Positions 18,301 through 27,260 of a DNA stretch of 64,000 bases are shown here, piece by piece. Both the position numbers and the translations under genes were made by a program. The stretch lies in the IMG/VR virus record IMGVR_UViG_3300035698_027542, positions 2,787 to 66,786 of that record; one strand, written 5' to 3'. Each line of letters opens with the position of its first letter. Positions within the stretch are counted from its first letter, which is position 1. The notes under the pieces are model-generated. The model was not told the origin of the DNA. It worked only from the letters and a program-made list of their open reading frames with translations, and did not search any database. Source of the stretch: a virus.

Positions 18301-18731
18301 GCATTAAGCTTTTCTGGAAGATCCAGTTTCTCTGATAACCTCTCATAAAATTTTAAGATTTTCTTAGATTTACATTCTAATTTAAAACCATTCATAGAAA
18401 AATTAGAATAAAAATCTACTCCTGCTGCAACCTTAGGTTCGTTCATGTAGTAAAAACGAGACCATTGCATTATCTCTCTTCTACGACTTGCTATCTGCCA
18501 ATTCTGAGGTGTATGTAACGGGGAAAAGAACATGGGTTGCGTCATTGCAACTCCAGCTCCTGATCCTGCAAATTGTGCATTTTTTGTAATTGGAATATTG
18601 ACTACTGTAGAATTAGGCCAACCGCTTTTGCTAACTGGAGCATTAGCAGCAGGTGCATTATAAGCTCCCGATGCAGCAGCAAGTCTTTGTTTATTTTTTG
18701 GTGAATTATCTGGTAAAATAAATTTTGCCAT
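15345..18731 (-). CDS. Portal protein with intein, Gly/Met-rich linker and C-terminal DUF559/Vsr-like nuclease domain
   Basis: Portal-type motifs (EYFLIGDVF, MNPDYLDV, YGTSML); position in head module; IDFAY...IEVDG..WH...RD..L...GWRVLRF at the C-terminus. Confidence 0.75.
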   Translation of the reverse strand: MAKFILPDNSPKNKQRLAAASGAYNAPAANAPVSKSGWPNSTVVNIPITKNAQFAGSGAGVAMTQPMFFSPLHTPQNWQIASRRREIMQWSRFYYMNEPKVAAGVDFYSNFSMNGFKLECKSKKILKFYERLSEKLDLPEKLNAISHEYFLIGDVFPFAEIECPNCGGKGRKADGELCNHADGTFKSIKLMNPDYLDVRDNPLASNPEYYLVPDEELKLIVSRKEPRSIYDSLPAGLIRAVSSGQPVRLSDRCISHLKHNASDYGTYGTSMLQRLFTVLAYKTKIMTANWIVAERLILPVRVVKVGDKDRPATDTDLQDVQNQLAAVANDPNLTIVTHHAFDYEWYGATGKIHNITAEIEQVGKEILDGLMLNQAILNGEMAGYTCLSADTKTLCDSGFKSYREIDPKKDKIACYNPETKKIEYHLPYKKMVYDYDGEMVHFNTDKIDILVTPNHRMWSAKRGSNDYKFTRADEIRSRSKFIGAVDGYEGEYQKSIQIGDEKYSIYDYCKMVGYYVSEGWTTKEKRKNRTRKQTVVGISQNRDSEAREDIEELFDSMFEKHYVGKTHVSTYKPDLALYLSNNFGKGFINKKLSPFVKNLTPECLEIVLEAMINGDGCVHNHIGENRKVKGQSYYTSSKQLAEDFAEIAFKCGYVTKIREYNKKESKNKKYFNKNGHEYITRHQQYVVYISKGFKGRTPTLYSKSKKYAGKEITRVPYNDNVYCFSVPYELFVTMRNGVVTVQGNSAQVGIEVLIRRLDNWRNKLKTWVEINIFKPVAMMQGFIDEEESKEIEEIAYLYPKLTWNDLQLRDKTNRIQTLMQMYDKGMVSAQTVLEEMDLDYDSEVEKIREEQIMAQANGMVAGMGGDAMGGAPMGGGPMGGDMGGGMAGGMPGGDMGGGMPGGAPGGEMGGAPMGGMGGAPMGGAGGAPSMGAAASGELPKIGKRGSKNKQEEEQTLPPKMIKLTKLEQKMFRTLSDMNTPHDLFAQYQVKVPGESRPYAIDFAYPKIGVGIEVDGAIWHEREDFQQRDLQRDNKLANVGWRVLRFNEAAVNENIDAVRDTIVSHMADASKSRKKAEDGALIKTASVEGDGTNPLYEYCLSKGKIGCSRTSIPHGQILYIGNIENGDTT
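16500..17576 (-). mobile_element. Intein (359 aa) with LAGLIDADG domain, in portal
   Basis: YT/CLSADT ... VTPNHRM ... GYYVSEG ... AMINGDG ... VYCFSVP ... VQGN/S. Confidence 0.9.
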
Positions 18732-18748
18732 TTTCTATCCTTTAATTT

Positions 18749-19153
18749 TTACCCATCTATTGCTAAATCCGTACATGATCTCATAATTTCCTCTTTCCTT
18801 ACATCGACATTTTCCATCATTTTTCTTTTGGGATCTACACACATTCTGAATTCATCTGATGTATATTCATCTTTCACCGTATCTTCATCATGTTTTGCAT
18901 GGTCTTTGTTTTTGTCTTTTCGTCTCGTTTGCTTAGAAGAAGCAACAGAGACCACGTTACTCACAAAATCTAATTTTGGACCATAGTCCTTATATCGTTC
19001 TCCCTTTTGAGGAACTTTGCGAGGATGTGGTCCTCCTTGAATAGGAGTCATAACCATATGACAACTTTGACATTCTTGTGCATCTTGAGATACAGATGCT
19101 CCACAATATGGGCATACAGAAATTGCCTGGGTAGGGTCTTTCTCTCCAGGCAA
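18749..19153 (-). CDS. Zinc-ribbon protein; probably the -1 frame extension of 19210..20397
   Basis: CPYC...CQSC; TTG start without evident RBS; frame open back to the A10 run at 19215-19224. Confidence 0.55.
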   Translation of the reverse strand: MPGEKDPTQAISVCPYCGASVSQDAQECQSCHMVMTPIQGGPHPRKVPQKGERYKDYGPKLDFVSNVVSVASSKQTRRKDKNKDHAKHDEDTVKDEYTSDEFRMCVDPKRKMMENVDVRKEEIMRSCTDLAIDG

Positions 19154-19209
19154 TTTTAGTGGTTTTAGTGGTTTTAATTCTTTAAGATCGTTTATAGGTT
19201 TAAGTTCTG

Positions 19210-20397
19210 CTAACTTTTTTTTTTACTTGCCTCTTTCCAGTTAAAAGGTTTTGAAGTATCAATAGCTCCTTCTATATCACCTTTAGCTCTAGCATCTTGC
19301 AATCTTGATTCTGTATTACCATACTCAGGAAGAATTGGTCTTCTTGTCTGCCCAGGTTTTAGTTGCATATTGCTTGTTTCTGGAATATTTCTATCAATTT
19401 CAAAACGTTTATTAAGATATCCACCGACCCATTCCCCATCATTATTTTTATAAGGACGTGAATATTTATCCATTATATTGTTACGCCAAATTGTTTCGTA
19501 ATCAATATTCCAAATATTATCAACAACAAGACCAAATCCTTTATTCCTTTCAACTATATGCCAATCAGAAACTGGCTGATGTAAGAAAGGATCTATTCTT
19601 GATTGACTTGGTCCCCACAAAATAGCATTATCTAAAGATTTATGTTGTGCTGTCTTTGTGAGATTATATACTTTTTTCTTATTTTTGTTAACAACTCCTT
19701 GAGCCAACTTTTTAATTGTTTTTTCTATTTCTCCAACTACTGTTGGTGTTCCCATTATCCCTTGCTCCTCTCTTAAAGGAAATAAATTATCTGAAAATAC
19801 TTTTGCTGCAATTTGCCCTTTTATTCCCTCATCATCAGCATCATAATATTGTTCCATTCCTGTTTTAAGATGATCTCCTGCTACACCACCCACTTGCTGA
19901 AGAACTTGAGACATATCTGTATTATCTGCCCATCTCCTAAAATCTTCTATTTTTTCAAACGGAGGTTGAGGTATTGACATCATTTGTTCTTCTTCTAACT
20001 GGTCCCCCATCATTTCTGGAGTTTCATTAAACTCATCAAAAGAAACAGGATTAGGAACTTGTGCTTTTTTAAGATTAAAAGCTTTAACAACTTTATTTTT
20101 AGATTGAAAAGTTTTATTAGTTAAATTAGCAACAGCCTGCTCTGTACCCCTTATATCTGTAGCTGCGTCTTCTAACCCTTCTGATCTCAAACTTTCAGAA
20201 TAATTAATAACCTCCTGTGAATTATTAACATTCTCTAATCCCAAAGGAGGAGATGTCATAAAATCTTGAATATTATTATATTCTGGGAACATAGCTAAAA
20301 CCTTATTTGATGCAGCAATAAAATTAAGATCATTAGTAGGATCAGTAATCGCTGGTATTGGTGCTATTCCTTGAGATTTTTTTAAATTAAAAGACAT
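19210..20397 (-). CDS. Putative head/virion protein with repeated (F/Y)NL-K-x-A motifs
   Basis: MSFNLKKSQ, AFNLKKAQ, VYNLTKTAQ, PFNWKEAS. Confidence 0.65.
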   Translation of the reverse strand: MSFNLKKSQGIAPIPAITDPTNDLNFIAASNKVLAMFPEYNNIQDFMTSPPLGLENVNNSQEVINYSESLRSEGLEDAATDIRGTEQAVANLTNKTFQSKNKVVKAFNLKKAQVPNPVSFDEFNETPEMMGDQLEEEQMMSIPQPPFEKIEDFRRWADNTDMSQVLQQVGGVAGDHLKTGMEQYYDADDEGIKGQIAAKVFSDNLFPLREEQGIMGTPTVVGEIEKTIKKLAQGVVNKNKKKVYNLTKTAQHKSLDNAILWGPSQSRIDPFLHQPVSDWHIVERNKGFGLVVDNIWNIDYETIWRNNIMDKYSRPYKNNDGEWVGGYLNKRFEIDRNIPETSNMQLKPGQTRRPILPEYGNTESRLQDARAKGDIEGAIDTSKPFNWKEASKKKS

Positions 20398-20400
20398 TAA

Positions 20401-21060
20401 TTACTCCGATTTATTAAATAGGCTTTCCATAAGTTTTTGTGTTACTTCTTTAGAGGTAAGAGATTTTCCTCCACCTCTCCATGATTCATCTTCTTGTCCT
20501 TTTTTCTTTTGGACATCTTCGGAAACTTTTTCGCCGCCTGTTTTTTCTTTTACTCTCATAAAATCCTTATCATCAAATATACTCATATTATTATTTTGAA
20601 CTTTATAATTTGTTCCGCTTAAAGTTCCAGCAGGAGAAACTGATGAAGCCTTGCCTTGAATAGTAGATTTTAAAGTATCTACTAAATTGTCCATTCTTTT
20701 TTGCTCTGCCTCTCGCTTATTAGAAGAGATATGAGCCTTTTCTTGAATAGTTTTTGTTTTATTATCTATTTCTTGAGATGCCTTACTATTTCTGTTAGCA
20801 TCCCATATAGTATTAGAACTATTCCCCTTAATGTACTTGGAAGGGCCTCCCTCATCTGATATATTACCAGTTGTTGCTGATGAAATATGTTGCGTAGTCA
20901 TAAACCCATCATCTTTATTAGACAATTTTTTAGATTTTTGTTCTTCTGCTATTTGGTTCAAAGTTTTTTCAGGTGTAGCCTCTGATTTTACAACTTTTTC
21001 AGAAGATGTTTCATTATCCAAAAATTTAATTTTGTGTTGATCTGACATTCTTTGGATCAT
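20401..21060 (-). CDS. Hypothetical protein (head module)
   Basis: 219-aa ORF, translationally coupled. Confidence 0.65.
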   Translation of the reverse strand: MIQRMSDQHKIKFLDNETSSEKVVKSEATPEKTLNQIAEEQKSKKLSNKDDGFMTTQHISSATTGNISDEGGPSKYIKGNSSNTIWDANRNSKASQEIDNKTKTIQEKAHISSNKREAEQKRMDNLVDTLKSTIQGKASSVSPAGTLSGTNYKVQNNNMSIFDDKDFMRVKEKTGGEKVSEDVQKKKGQEDESWRGGGKSLTSKEVTQKLMESLFNKSE

Positions 21061-21794
21061 TATTTATCTCCAATCATATATTTTAATTTATTAACTATTT
21101 TATCTTTCTGATCTTTTATCATTTCTGTCATAGAAGAAGCAGCTTTCATAGGTTTTTGTTCAGCTTTGCTTTTATCTGGCTTCCCATAGACTTGATCAAG
21201 ATTATCATGTGTCATGTCTTCTTCGGGATCTGACAGATCTGCTGACGTAAATTTAATAGTCCATTTACCATCTGAGCGTTCTGCCCCATTAAAATTCAAT
21301 CCAAACATCTTATTAACTTCATGAGAAATCTCTTTAAGTTCTTCGTTTTCTACTGTATCTGTAAAGCCTTTTTCATCAGGATATTTTTTATCTGGTATTA
21401 CTACCTGAATATCTTTAACCCCTTCAGGAGATATAGATTCTTTCACAAACTCCGCTTTAAAATCTTGTAATCTTCTTCCAGGATATCCGTAACTTTGAAG
21501 TTTTTCGTACACATATGTGGTAAGAGTTTTTCGACCATTTTCTTTTGGAGCTAATGCCTCATCTTCCCCTGGTTGGATACTAACATCATCATTTACTCCA
21601 TTAGTATCATCTATCCCATTAACATCATCTATTCCATTAGTATTACCTACATCTTCTTCCATAGCATTTTCTGTTTCCATTGGACGAGAAAGATCCTCAT
21701 CAGCAATAGATGATTCCCCAAAACCTTCCGACAAAGGATTAGAGAAATTCTGTGCTACCATTACTCTAGTCTTACCTGTTGGTACAAGATCCAT
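21060..21794 (-). CDS. Hypothetical acidic protein (head module)
   Basis: 244-aa ORF; short NG(I/V)DD repeats; GGAG RBS. Confidence 0.65.
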   Translation of the reverse strand: MDLVPTGKTRVMVAQNFSNPLSEGFGESSIADEDLSRPMETENAMEEDVGNTNGIDDVNGIDDTNGVNDDVSIQPGEDEALAPKENGRKTLTTYVYEKLQSYGYPGRRLQDFKAEFVKESISPEGVKDIQVVIPDKKYPDEKGFTDTVENEELKEISHEVNKMFGLNFNGAERSDGKWTIKFTSADLSDPEEDMTHDNLDQVYGKPDKSKAEQKPMKAASSMTEMIKDQKDKIVNKLKYMIGDK

Positions 21795-21826
21795 ATCACT
21801 AACTCCATTAATAAAGGTTATCTATC

Positions 21827-22612
21827 TTACTTATCAGCAATCATGGCATCTGCGTAATCATCACCATAAAGCTGTCTCCAGTATTCCTTTAAGAAACCTT
21901 TATTCTTTTCATCAAGATTACCGACTTTAACAAATTTAACTTCATTAGAAGCATCTTTTTTCTTATCATCTTTATCATCTTTATCATCTTCCTTAAAAGG
22001 ACATTTTTCTCCAGCTTCTTGTCTTTTTCCCTTGTCGCTCTTTGCCTTTTGTGCAGAACCCTCATAAGGACCAGTCCCATCACGTTTCCCTCTTTCTGTT
22101 TTCCCAGCTTCTTTTGTTTCTTCATCCGCTACTTCTTTTTTATCTTCTTCTTTATCTTCTTCATCGCCATCTCCCTGTTTTGCTTTAATTTTTTCTTTTA
22201 AAGCATCAGGTAACTTTTCCTGAGCAGGAGTTAATTCTGCCTTTTTAACTTCTTCTTCAGTCGATCCGCCCTTTTCCTCTTTTGTGGGAACTTCTGGATC
22301 GTTAGTGAATTTTTCTTCACCTTCTGCTTTTGGCTGACCAGAATCTGGACCTTCAGCATCTGGTTCCTTAGTAGCTGTAGCAGATTTTTCATCTGTGTCC
22401 TTCTTAGCACTAGGGCCTGCCTTAGGCATTGTTGTTGATTCTCCTGTTTGATGGAGAGGCTCAACATCTAGTTGACCACTTGAGTCTGCTTCTTCTTGCT
22501 CTGCTGTTTTAACAGATGCCGTTTTTACCTGATTTGCTTTCTTATAATCAGCAACGAAATCCTCAAAACTCCTTGCTGTACCTGTACTAATTCTATTAGT
22601 AATAAGCTTCAT
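21827..22612 (-). CDS. Highly charged low-complexity protein (core/scaffold-like)
   Basis: K/E/D-rich; VKTASVKTAEQ; RDGTGP motif; AAGGAG RBS. Confidence 0.65.
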   Translation of the reverse strand: MKLITNRISTGTARSFEDFVADYKKANQVKTASVKTAEQEEADSSGQLDVEPLHQTGESTTMPKAGPSAKKDTDEKSATATKEPDAEGPDSGQPKAEGEEKFTNDPEVPTKEEKGGSTEEEVKKAELTPAQEKLPDALKEKIKAKQGDGDEEDKEEDKKEVADEETKEAGKTERGKRDGTGPYEGSAQKAKSDKGKRQEAGEKCPFKEDDKDDKDDKKKDASNEVKFVKVGNLDEKNKGFLKEYWRQLYGDDYADAMIADK

Positions 22613-22694
22613 AGTTTTATTCTCCTTATATTTTTATAAAATCTATGCTATATATTCTCTATTATTTTAAATATTTTATTAAAAATCCTTTTTT

Positions 22695-25055
22695 TTATTT
22701 ACTTATTTTTAATCCGTGATTATATGAACCAGTTTTCGATCTCTGTTCATTTATCATTTTTAATCTATTTTGAATCCTCTGTTGAAGAGGAATTAGGACA
22801 TCTTCTCCCATTGTTTCTATCTGATCCAAATCAATCATATTGGGTTTTACTCCCTGTTGAGGATTAAATGATTGTTGAGCACCTTGAGGAGCACCTTGAA
22901 GAGTACTTTGAAAATCACCTTGAAGATCACTTTGAGGAGCAACATTTTGAGACTGACCTAAATCCAAAGAATTAGATTCCTGACCAGACAAAACTCCTTG
23001 CAACCCACTAATTATATTCTCTAAAGAACCTCTTAAAAGAGTAGTTCTTTCTTCAGAACTATTTGAACCATACAATTTACTACCATCATTAATAAAACCC
23101 TGTAATAATGGGAGTGATTTAGACGCAAAATCCTTAGTTTCTTGATCTCCGCTAGTAACATATCCCGAAAATTCTTTAATCAAGCCTTGAGTATCATTCA
23201 TAAATTTACCAAATTCTTTACTAACAATTGAGAGCATCTGTCCTTGTTGCTGCAACTGCTGTTGATTTGGCTGGCCTTGAACTTGCTGTTGCACATTTTG
23301 GTTATCAGCAGTTTGTGCTGGATCAATAGATGGATCAAGAGGAGCCTTTGCTGTATTTGCCGCGTCTTGATCTATTTGTTGAGATCTGTCCCGACCTATA
23401 TTTTCTTGCTGAGCAGCTTCCCACGGATTATGAAACTTCCCTTTAGGATCTCTTAATTGTTGCGCTGTAACAACTCTTGTCTTTTTTCCAGCTTCTATAA
23501 TTATAGTTTTACTTTTTGCCTGAGCTTGCTGTGGTTGTGGAGGCCCTGGTTGAGACATATTAAGTTTCATAAGCATGCTATTAGCTCTATTAATAACATC
23601 TTGCATTTTCTTAACAACGTCCGACTTTCCGCCTTCTCCTGTCCACCAATTTTTAACCTTATCCCAACCTCTACCTAGGGAACCCCATCCTTTATTACCT
23701 CCTTGAAATTGTGCTTCTTTTACTACATCTTCAGATAAAAAAAAATCTGATTCTTTTAGCATATCATAAGAAATCTTAGCGACCTTTTCTCCAAGATCTT
23801 TCATATTATTATCAGACAGAGTATCTGCTAGATCCATTAACTGAGAAGAACTTGCTAATACCTTATCCATGTGTACTTGAGATTCCTCTTCAATAGTTGA
23901 GTACACAGCTTCAGGTACAGAACCTCCTTCTTTGACTTTTTTAGATACTTTTGAGGTAAAAAGTTTATTCCATTCTTTTTCTTCTTTTGCACTAAGTTTT
24001 ATATTTTGATCTTTCTTAGCGTATTTCTCCCATCCGCTTTTATCATCATTAATAGACTTTTTATATTCTTCTAAACATTCCATCCACACTTCTTGAGCTG
24101 GAGTTTCTGGTTGTGTCGTTCTTTTTTGTCTGTAGCAATTATCCCAACATCTCCTATTTCTGATCCAATAACCTTGGACACCAACATATTGTGCTATCTT
24201 TAGATTCTTTAGAGCATTTTCTGCCTTTTGGATAATAGCCGCAGATTTAACTAACCCTTTAGATTGGAATGCTTCTCCTATTTCTTTTAAATTCTCATTT
24301 ATATTTTCCATATTATTATTCCCTTTATTAGGATTTTTAATCGTATTCTCTCTTGCCCTAAAAAATTGATCTTCATCAGTCCCTCTTTTTTTAGTAAAAT
24401 TATAATCAGTTATATTATCTATTATAAAAGCTCTAATATGTCTTACTGATCTATCATAAGTTACTAAAATCAAACGTTTTGTCTTTTTAGCATAAAACTT
24501 ATAATGAGGTTCTACTATCCTATTAATATTTACCCCACCAGTTTCAAGCTTTGGCAGATCCATCTCTCTTTTTAAATATTGCTTACCCCCTCTACCTTTT
24601 TTTCTTCCCTCTGTATTGTAAAAGATCTGAAGAACTCTTTGCTCTTCTATCGCAAAATCTATAGCTCTTTCAATATCAGATCCAAAACCCATCTTTGGAT
24701 CAGCAGGATCTACTTTTGATTCTTCTGCTAAAGGAGTCTCCTGCTCTATCGCTTCTTCTTCTGTTGGAACAGCTAAGGGTTCTTCTACAATTTCTTCAAG
24801 AACTTCTTCTACAATAGGTTCAGCTTTAGGAACTTCTCTTATTTCTTCCCCATATTCATTTATTAAATTATCAACTAAAACATTATCAACATTATCATCA
24901 GTTACAGGAACTTCACCCCTGTCTAATGCATCATAATCAATTGTATCAACATCATCTAACTCATACTGGTCTATTTCTTCAACCGTATTATCATTAACCC
25001 AGTCATACAATTCACTAAACTGTTCTGCAAATTTTGAACTACTAATAATTCTCAT
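22695..25055 (-). CDS. Large protein with a WYL-like domain and Q-rich C-terminus
   Basis: AIEEQRVLQIFY...RIVEPH...LVTYD...IRAFIIDNI matches the WYL pattern. Confidence 0.6.
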   Translation of the reverse strand: MRIISSSKFAEQFSELYDWVNDNTVEEIDQYELDDVDTIDYDALDRGEVPVTDDNVDNVLVDNLINEYGEEIREVPKAEPIVEEVLEEIVEEPLAVPTEEEAIEQETPLAEESKVDPADPKMGFGSDIERAIDFAIEEQRVLQIFYNTEGRKKGRGGKQYLKREMDLPKLETGGVNINRIVEPHYKFYAKKTKRLILVTYDRSVRHIRAFIIDNITDYNFTKKRGTDEDQFFRARENTIKNPNKGNNNMENINENLKEIGEAFQSKGLVKSAAIIQKAENALKNLKIAQYVGVQGYWIRNRRCWDNCYRQKRTTQPETPAQEVWMECLEEYKKSINDDKSGWEKYAKKDQNIKLSAKEEKEWNKLFTSKVSKKVKEGGSVPEAVYSTIEEESQVHMDKVLASSSQLMDLADTLSDNNMKDLGEKVAKISYDMLKESDFFLSEDVVKEAQFQGGNKGWGSLGRGWDKVKNWWTGEGGKSDVVKKMQDVINRANSMLMKLNMSQPGPPQPQQAQAKSKTIIIEAGKKTRVVTAQQLRDPKGKFHNPWEAAQQENIGRDRSQQIDQDAANTAKAPLDPSIDPAQTADNQNVQQQVQGQPNQQQLQQQGQMLSIVSKEFGKFMNDTQGLIKEFSGYVTSGDQETKDFASKSLPLLQGFINDGSKLYGSNSSEERTTLLRGSLENIISGLQGVLSGQESNSLDLGQSQNVAPQSDLQGDFQSTLQGAPQGAQQSFNPQQGVKPNMIDLDQIETMGEDVLIPLQQRIQNRLKMINEQRSKTGSYNHGLKISK

Positions 25056-25091
25056 TATCTTAAATTAAAGAAAAACAAACAAAATCCTTGA

Positions 25092-25454
25092 TTATTTTTC
25101 TTTAATAATTTTTTGCATAGGAATTAAATCATTAGTTGATAAAGAAATATTTTCAAGATCATCTAATGGGATAGGTTCAAAATCTAATTCTATCTCTTCT
25201 ATTAATAAAGAAGAAAACTCTTCCTGAAATTTATCCTTATTTTCATCTAAAACCTTCATTTCTTTTCCTTCTTCTTTTTCTCCAGCATATTTTTCTACTA
25301 ATTTAATTCTTGCTTTTTCAAGAGTTTCCATTTCCACAGAACAATCTCTCAAAAAAGTCAAAAGACGATAAGACACCCTGATAGGGAGTTCTTTCTCTGT
25401 CAATTTTTGTAAATTTCTTGTCAAACCGTAAATTTCACCTAACGTAAACTTCAT
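25092..25454 (-). CDS. Hypothetical phage protein
   Basis: 120-aa helical ORF with AGGAG RBS. Confidence 0.65.
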   Translation of the reverse strand: MKFTLGEIYGLTRNLQKLTEKELPIRVSYRLLTFLRDCSVEMETLEKARIKLVEKYAGEKEEGKEMKVLDENKDKFQEEFSSLLIEEIELDFEPIPLDDLENISLSTNDLIPMQKIIKEK

Positions 25455-25467
25455 ACTATCTTTCTCC

Positions 25468-25836
25468 TTAATTAAAGAACTTCACAAGAGTTGAGAAATC
25501 ATCATTAATAACTTCAATCTTGCTTCCAATATTAATATTATTTTTTTTAAAAAAATCACTATTAGCCTCTATTGCCATATCACAATCTATATCACTATTT
25601 ACACATCTGTCTGAACAAGGACTAATATATGATATCTTAACTATTTCTTTTTCTGGAGACACAAAGGCTATAGCTAAAGGAATATACGTATTCACTCCCC
25701 AGAATTTTAGATCTTGAGATCTTTTAAATTTAAAAAGCATACCATCATCTTCTCCTAGCCTTTTCCTAAACATTAAACCTTGTTGAAGCTGGTAAGGAGT
25801 CTCTGCTATATCTACATTTAGATAATGTTTAATCAC
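25468..25836 (-). CDS. DUF192 family protein
   Basis: AETP...GLMFR..L....GMLF.F....FW..NT.IPL.IAF...AIEAN. Confidence 0.85.
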   Translation of the reverse strand: MIKHYLNVDIAETPYQLQQGLMFRKRLGEDDGMLFKFKRSQDLKFWGVNTYIPLAIAFVSPEKEIVKISYISPCSDRCVNSDIDCDMAIEANSDFFKKNNINIGSKIEVINDDFSTLVKFFN

Positions 25837-25843
25837 TAAAATA

Positions 25844-26068
25844 TTATCCTAACCTATTTCTACCAAGACCTTGCCCTTGCCCATTCCCGTATCCAGGACC
25901 TCCCTTTGAACATCCTCCTGTATTCCTACCAGCACCTCTACCAGCACCTCTACCTAAACCTCTTCCTAAACCTCTTCCTAAACCTCTTCCTAAACCTCTT
26001 CCGCATGGGCCGAGCCCTCTTCCCAAACCACAATCTAATCCTTTTCCTGGCCTAATTCTAAACCTCAT
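25844..26068 (-). CDS. Small Gly/Arg-rich repeat protein (DUF5320-like)
   Basis: GRG(L/A) tandem repeats encoded by 12-nt units; AAGGAG RBS. Confidence 0.6.
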   Translation of the reverse strand: MRFRIRPGKGLDCGLGRGLGPCGRGLGRGLGRGLGRGLGRGAGRGAGRNTGGCSKGGPGYGNGQGQGLGRNRLG

Positions 26069-26100
26069 TTTATTTCTCCTTATCTTTATAGATAAAATAT

Positions 26101-26529
26101 TTATATTCTAAATCTAAATCCATATCTTTCTAGTTGATAACAAAAATCATCTTTCTCTTTCTCTGGGACTTCAAAAATCATCCCGTCCCCACTTACCTCT
26201 TCCATAGAAACATCGTCTATACTAGCTACATTATTAAACCATTTCTCTATTTCTTTCTGATTTGTAGATTGGACCATCTTAAAATGATTATCTACAATAA
26301 TATCTTCTACTTCTGGAAGCACTCTATAAGTACTCTTAATCCCTCTACGCTGTCTTTCTTCCGTCCCCATCCTTACCAAATAATCGTCTTCTTTATACCT
26401 AAAGGTTAATTTGCCACCTTGAAAAACCATCATTTCTTGTTTAATGATATCGTACCAATTTAATTCTTCATCAACTTTTTCTTTACTAGGCTCTTCTTTA
26501 GTATCAAATAAAACTGTTATTTCTGGCAT
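26101..26529 (-). CDS. Hypothetical protein
   Basis: 142-aa ORF. Confidence 0.6.
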   Translation of the reverse strand: MPEITVLFDTKEEPSKEKVDEELNWYDIIKQEMMVFQGGKLTFRYKEDDYLVRMGTEERQRRGIKSTYRVLPEVEDIIVDNHFKMVQSTNQKEIEKWFNNVASIDDVSMEEVSGDGMIFEVPEKEKDDFCYQLERYGFRFRI

Positions 26530-26531
26530 AT

Positions 26532-26957
26532 TTATATTTTCTCGAATCTATTCCACCAATTAGATGCTACTTTAAGCAATTTGGCTGTTTTAATATTTTT
26601 AGTATTATTAAGAGCTTTATTATAATCGACAGAAGTTCCATCGTCCTCGAATATAGATCTTTCATCGCCAAGAATCATGACATTAATAACCTTTGAACCT
26701 TTCTCAGTAATTTCTATATTATCTCCAATAACTTTAATCAATCCAGCATCTGCCATCCTTCTCTGCTCTTCATGACCCAATGTTACAGGTTTCTTAAAAC
26801 TCTTTTTCTCTTTTTTCTCTCCCGATCTCCATATATTATATAAAGATTTAGCAGCTATAGGGTCTACATAGTTAGGGCTCTTTTTAATTGTGTTTGTAAG
26901 CTCTGGCATAATCTCAATTAACTTATCCCATATAGATGATTGACTTTGTTTTTTCAT
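26532..26957 (-). CDS. Hypothetical protein with winged-helix-like motif
   Basis: AGLIK....IEITEKG. Confidence 0.55.
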   Translation of the reverse strand: MKKQSQSSIWDKLIEIMPELTNTIKKSPNYVDPIAAKSLYNIWRSGEKKEKKSFKKPVTLGHEEQRRMADAGLIKVIGDNIEITEKGSKVINVMILGDERSIFEDDGTSVDYNKALNNTKNIKTAKLLKVASNWWNRFEKI

Positions 26958-26990
26958 TATAAGTTCCTTTTAATCTCTTTATTAATTTGA

Positions 26991-27215
26991 TTAAACAATT
27001 AATATCTCAATATTTTTCGCTTCCTTTTTTCTCAAAGAAAGACGATAACCTTTAATTTTAATATCAAATGGATCTCCAAAAGGTGCTACTCTTTCAAGTT
27101 TCACCATTGACCCCTTTCCAAATCCCATCTCTACTAACCTCTTAACAATAGGTCCATCACCATTAACTTTAATTATTCTACCTTGTTGAGATGATTTCAA
27201 ATCGGCTAATGTCAT
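26991..27215 (-). CDS. feoA: FeoA domain protein
   Basis: MTLADLK....GRIIKV...RLVEMG...G..V...RVAPFGDP..I.IKGY.LSLRK.EA. Confidence 0.9.
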   Translation of the reverse strand: MTLADLKSSQQGRIIKVNGDGPIVKRLVEMGFGKGSMVKLERVAPFGDPFDIKIKGYRLSLRKKEAKNIEILIV

Positions 27216-27260
27216 AATTTTATTTTCATTTTATAATTTTTAGTTTTTAATGTTTTCATT

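Noticed and set aside
6227-23678. Many plus-strand ORFs (e.g. 8739..9317, 15802..16215, 21517..21930) and nested alternative-frame ORFs
   Set aside because: Shadows of low-complexity minus-strand genes; no RBS or motifs
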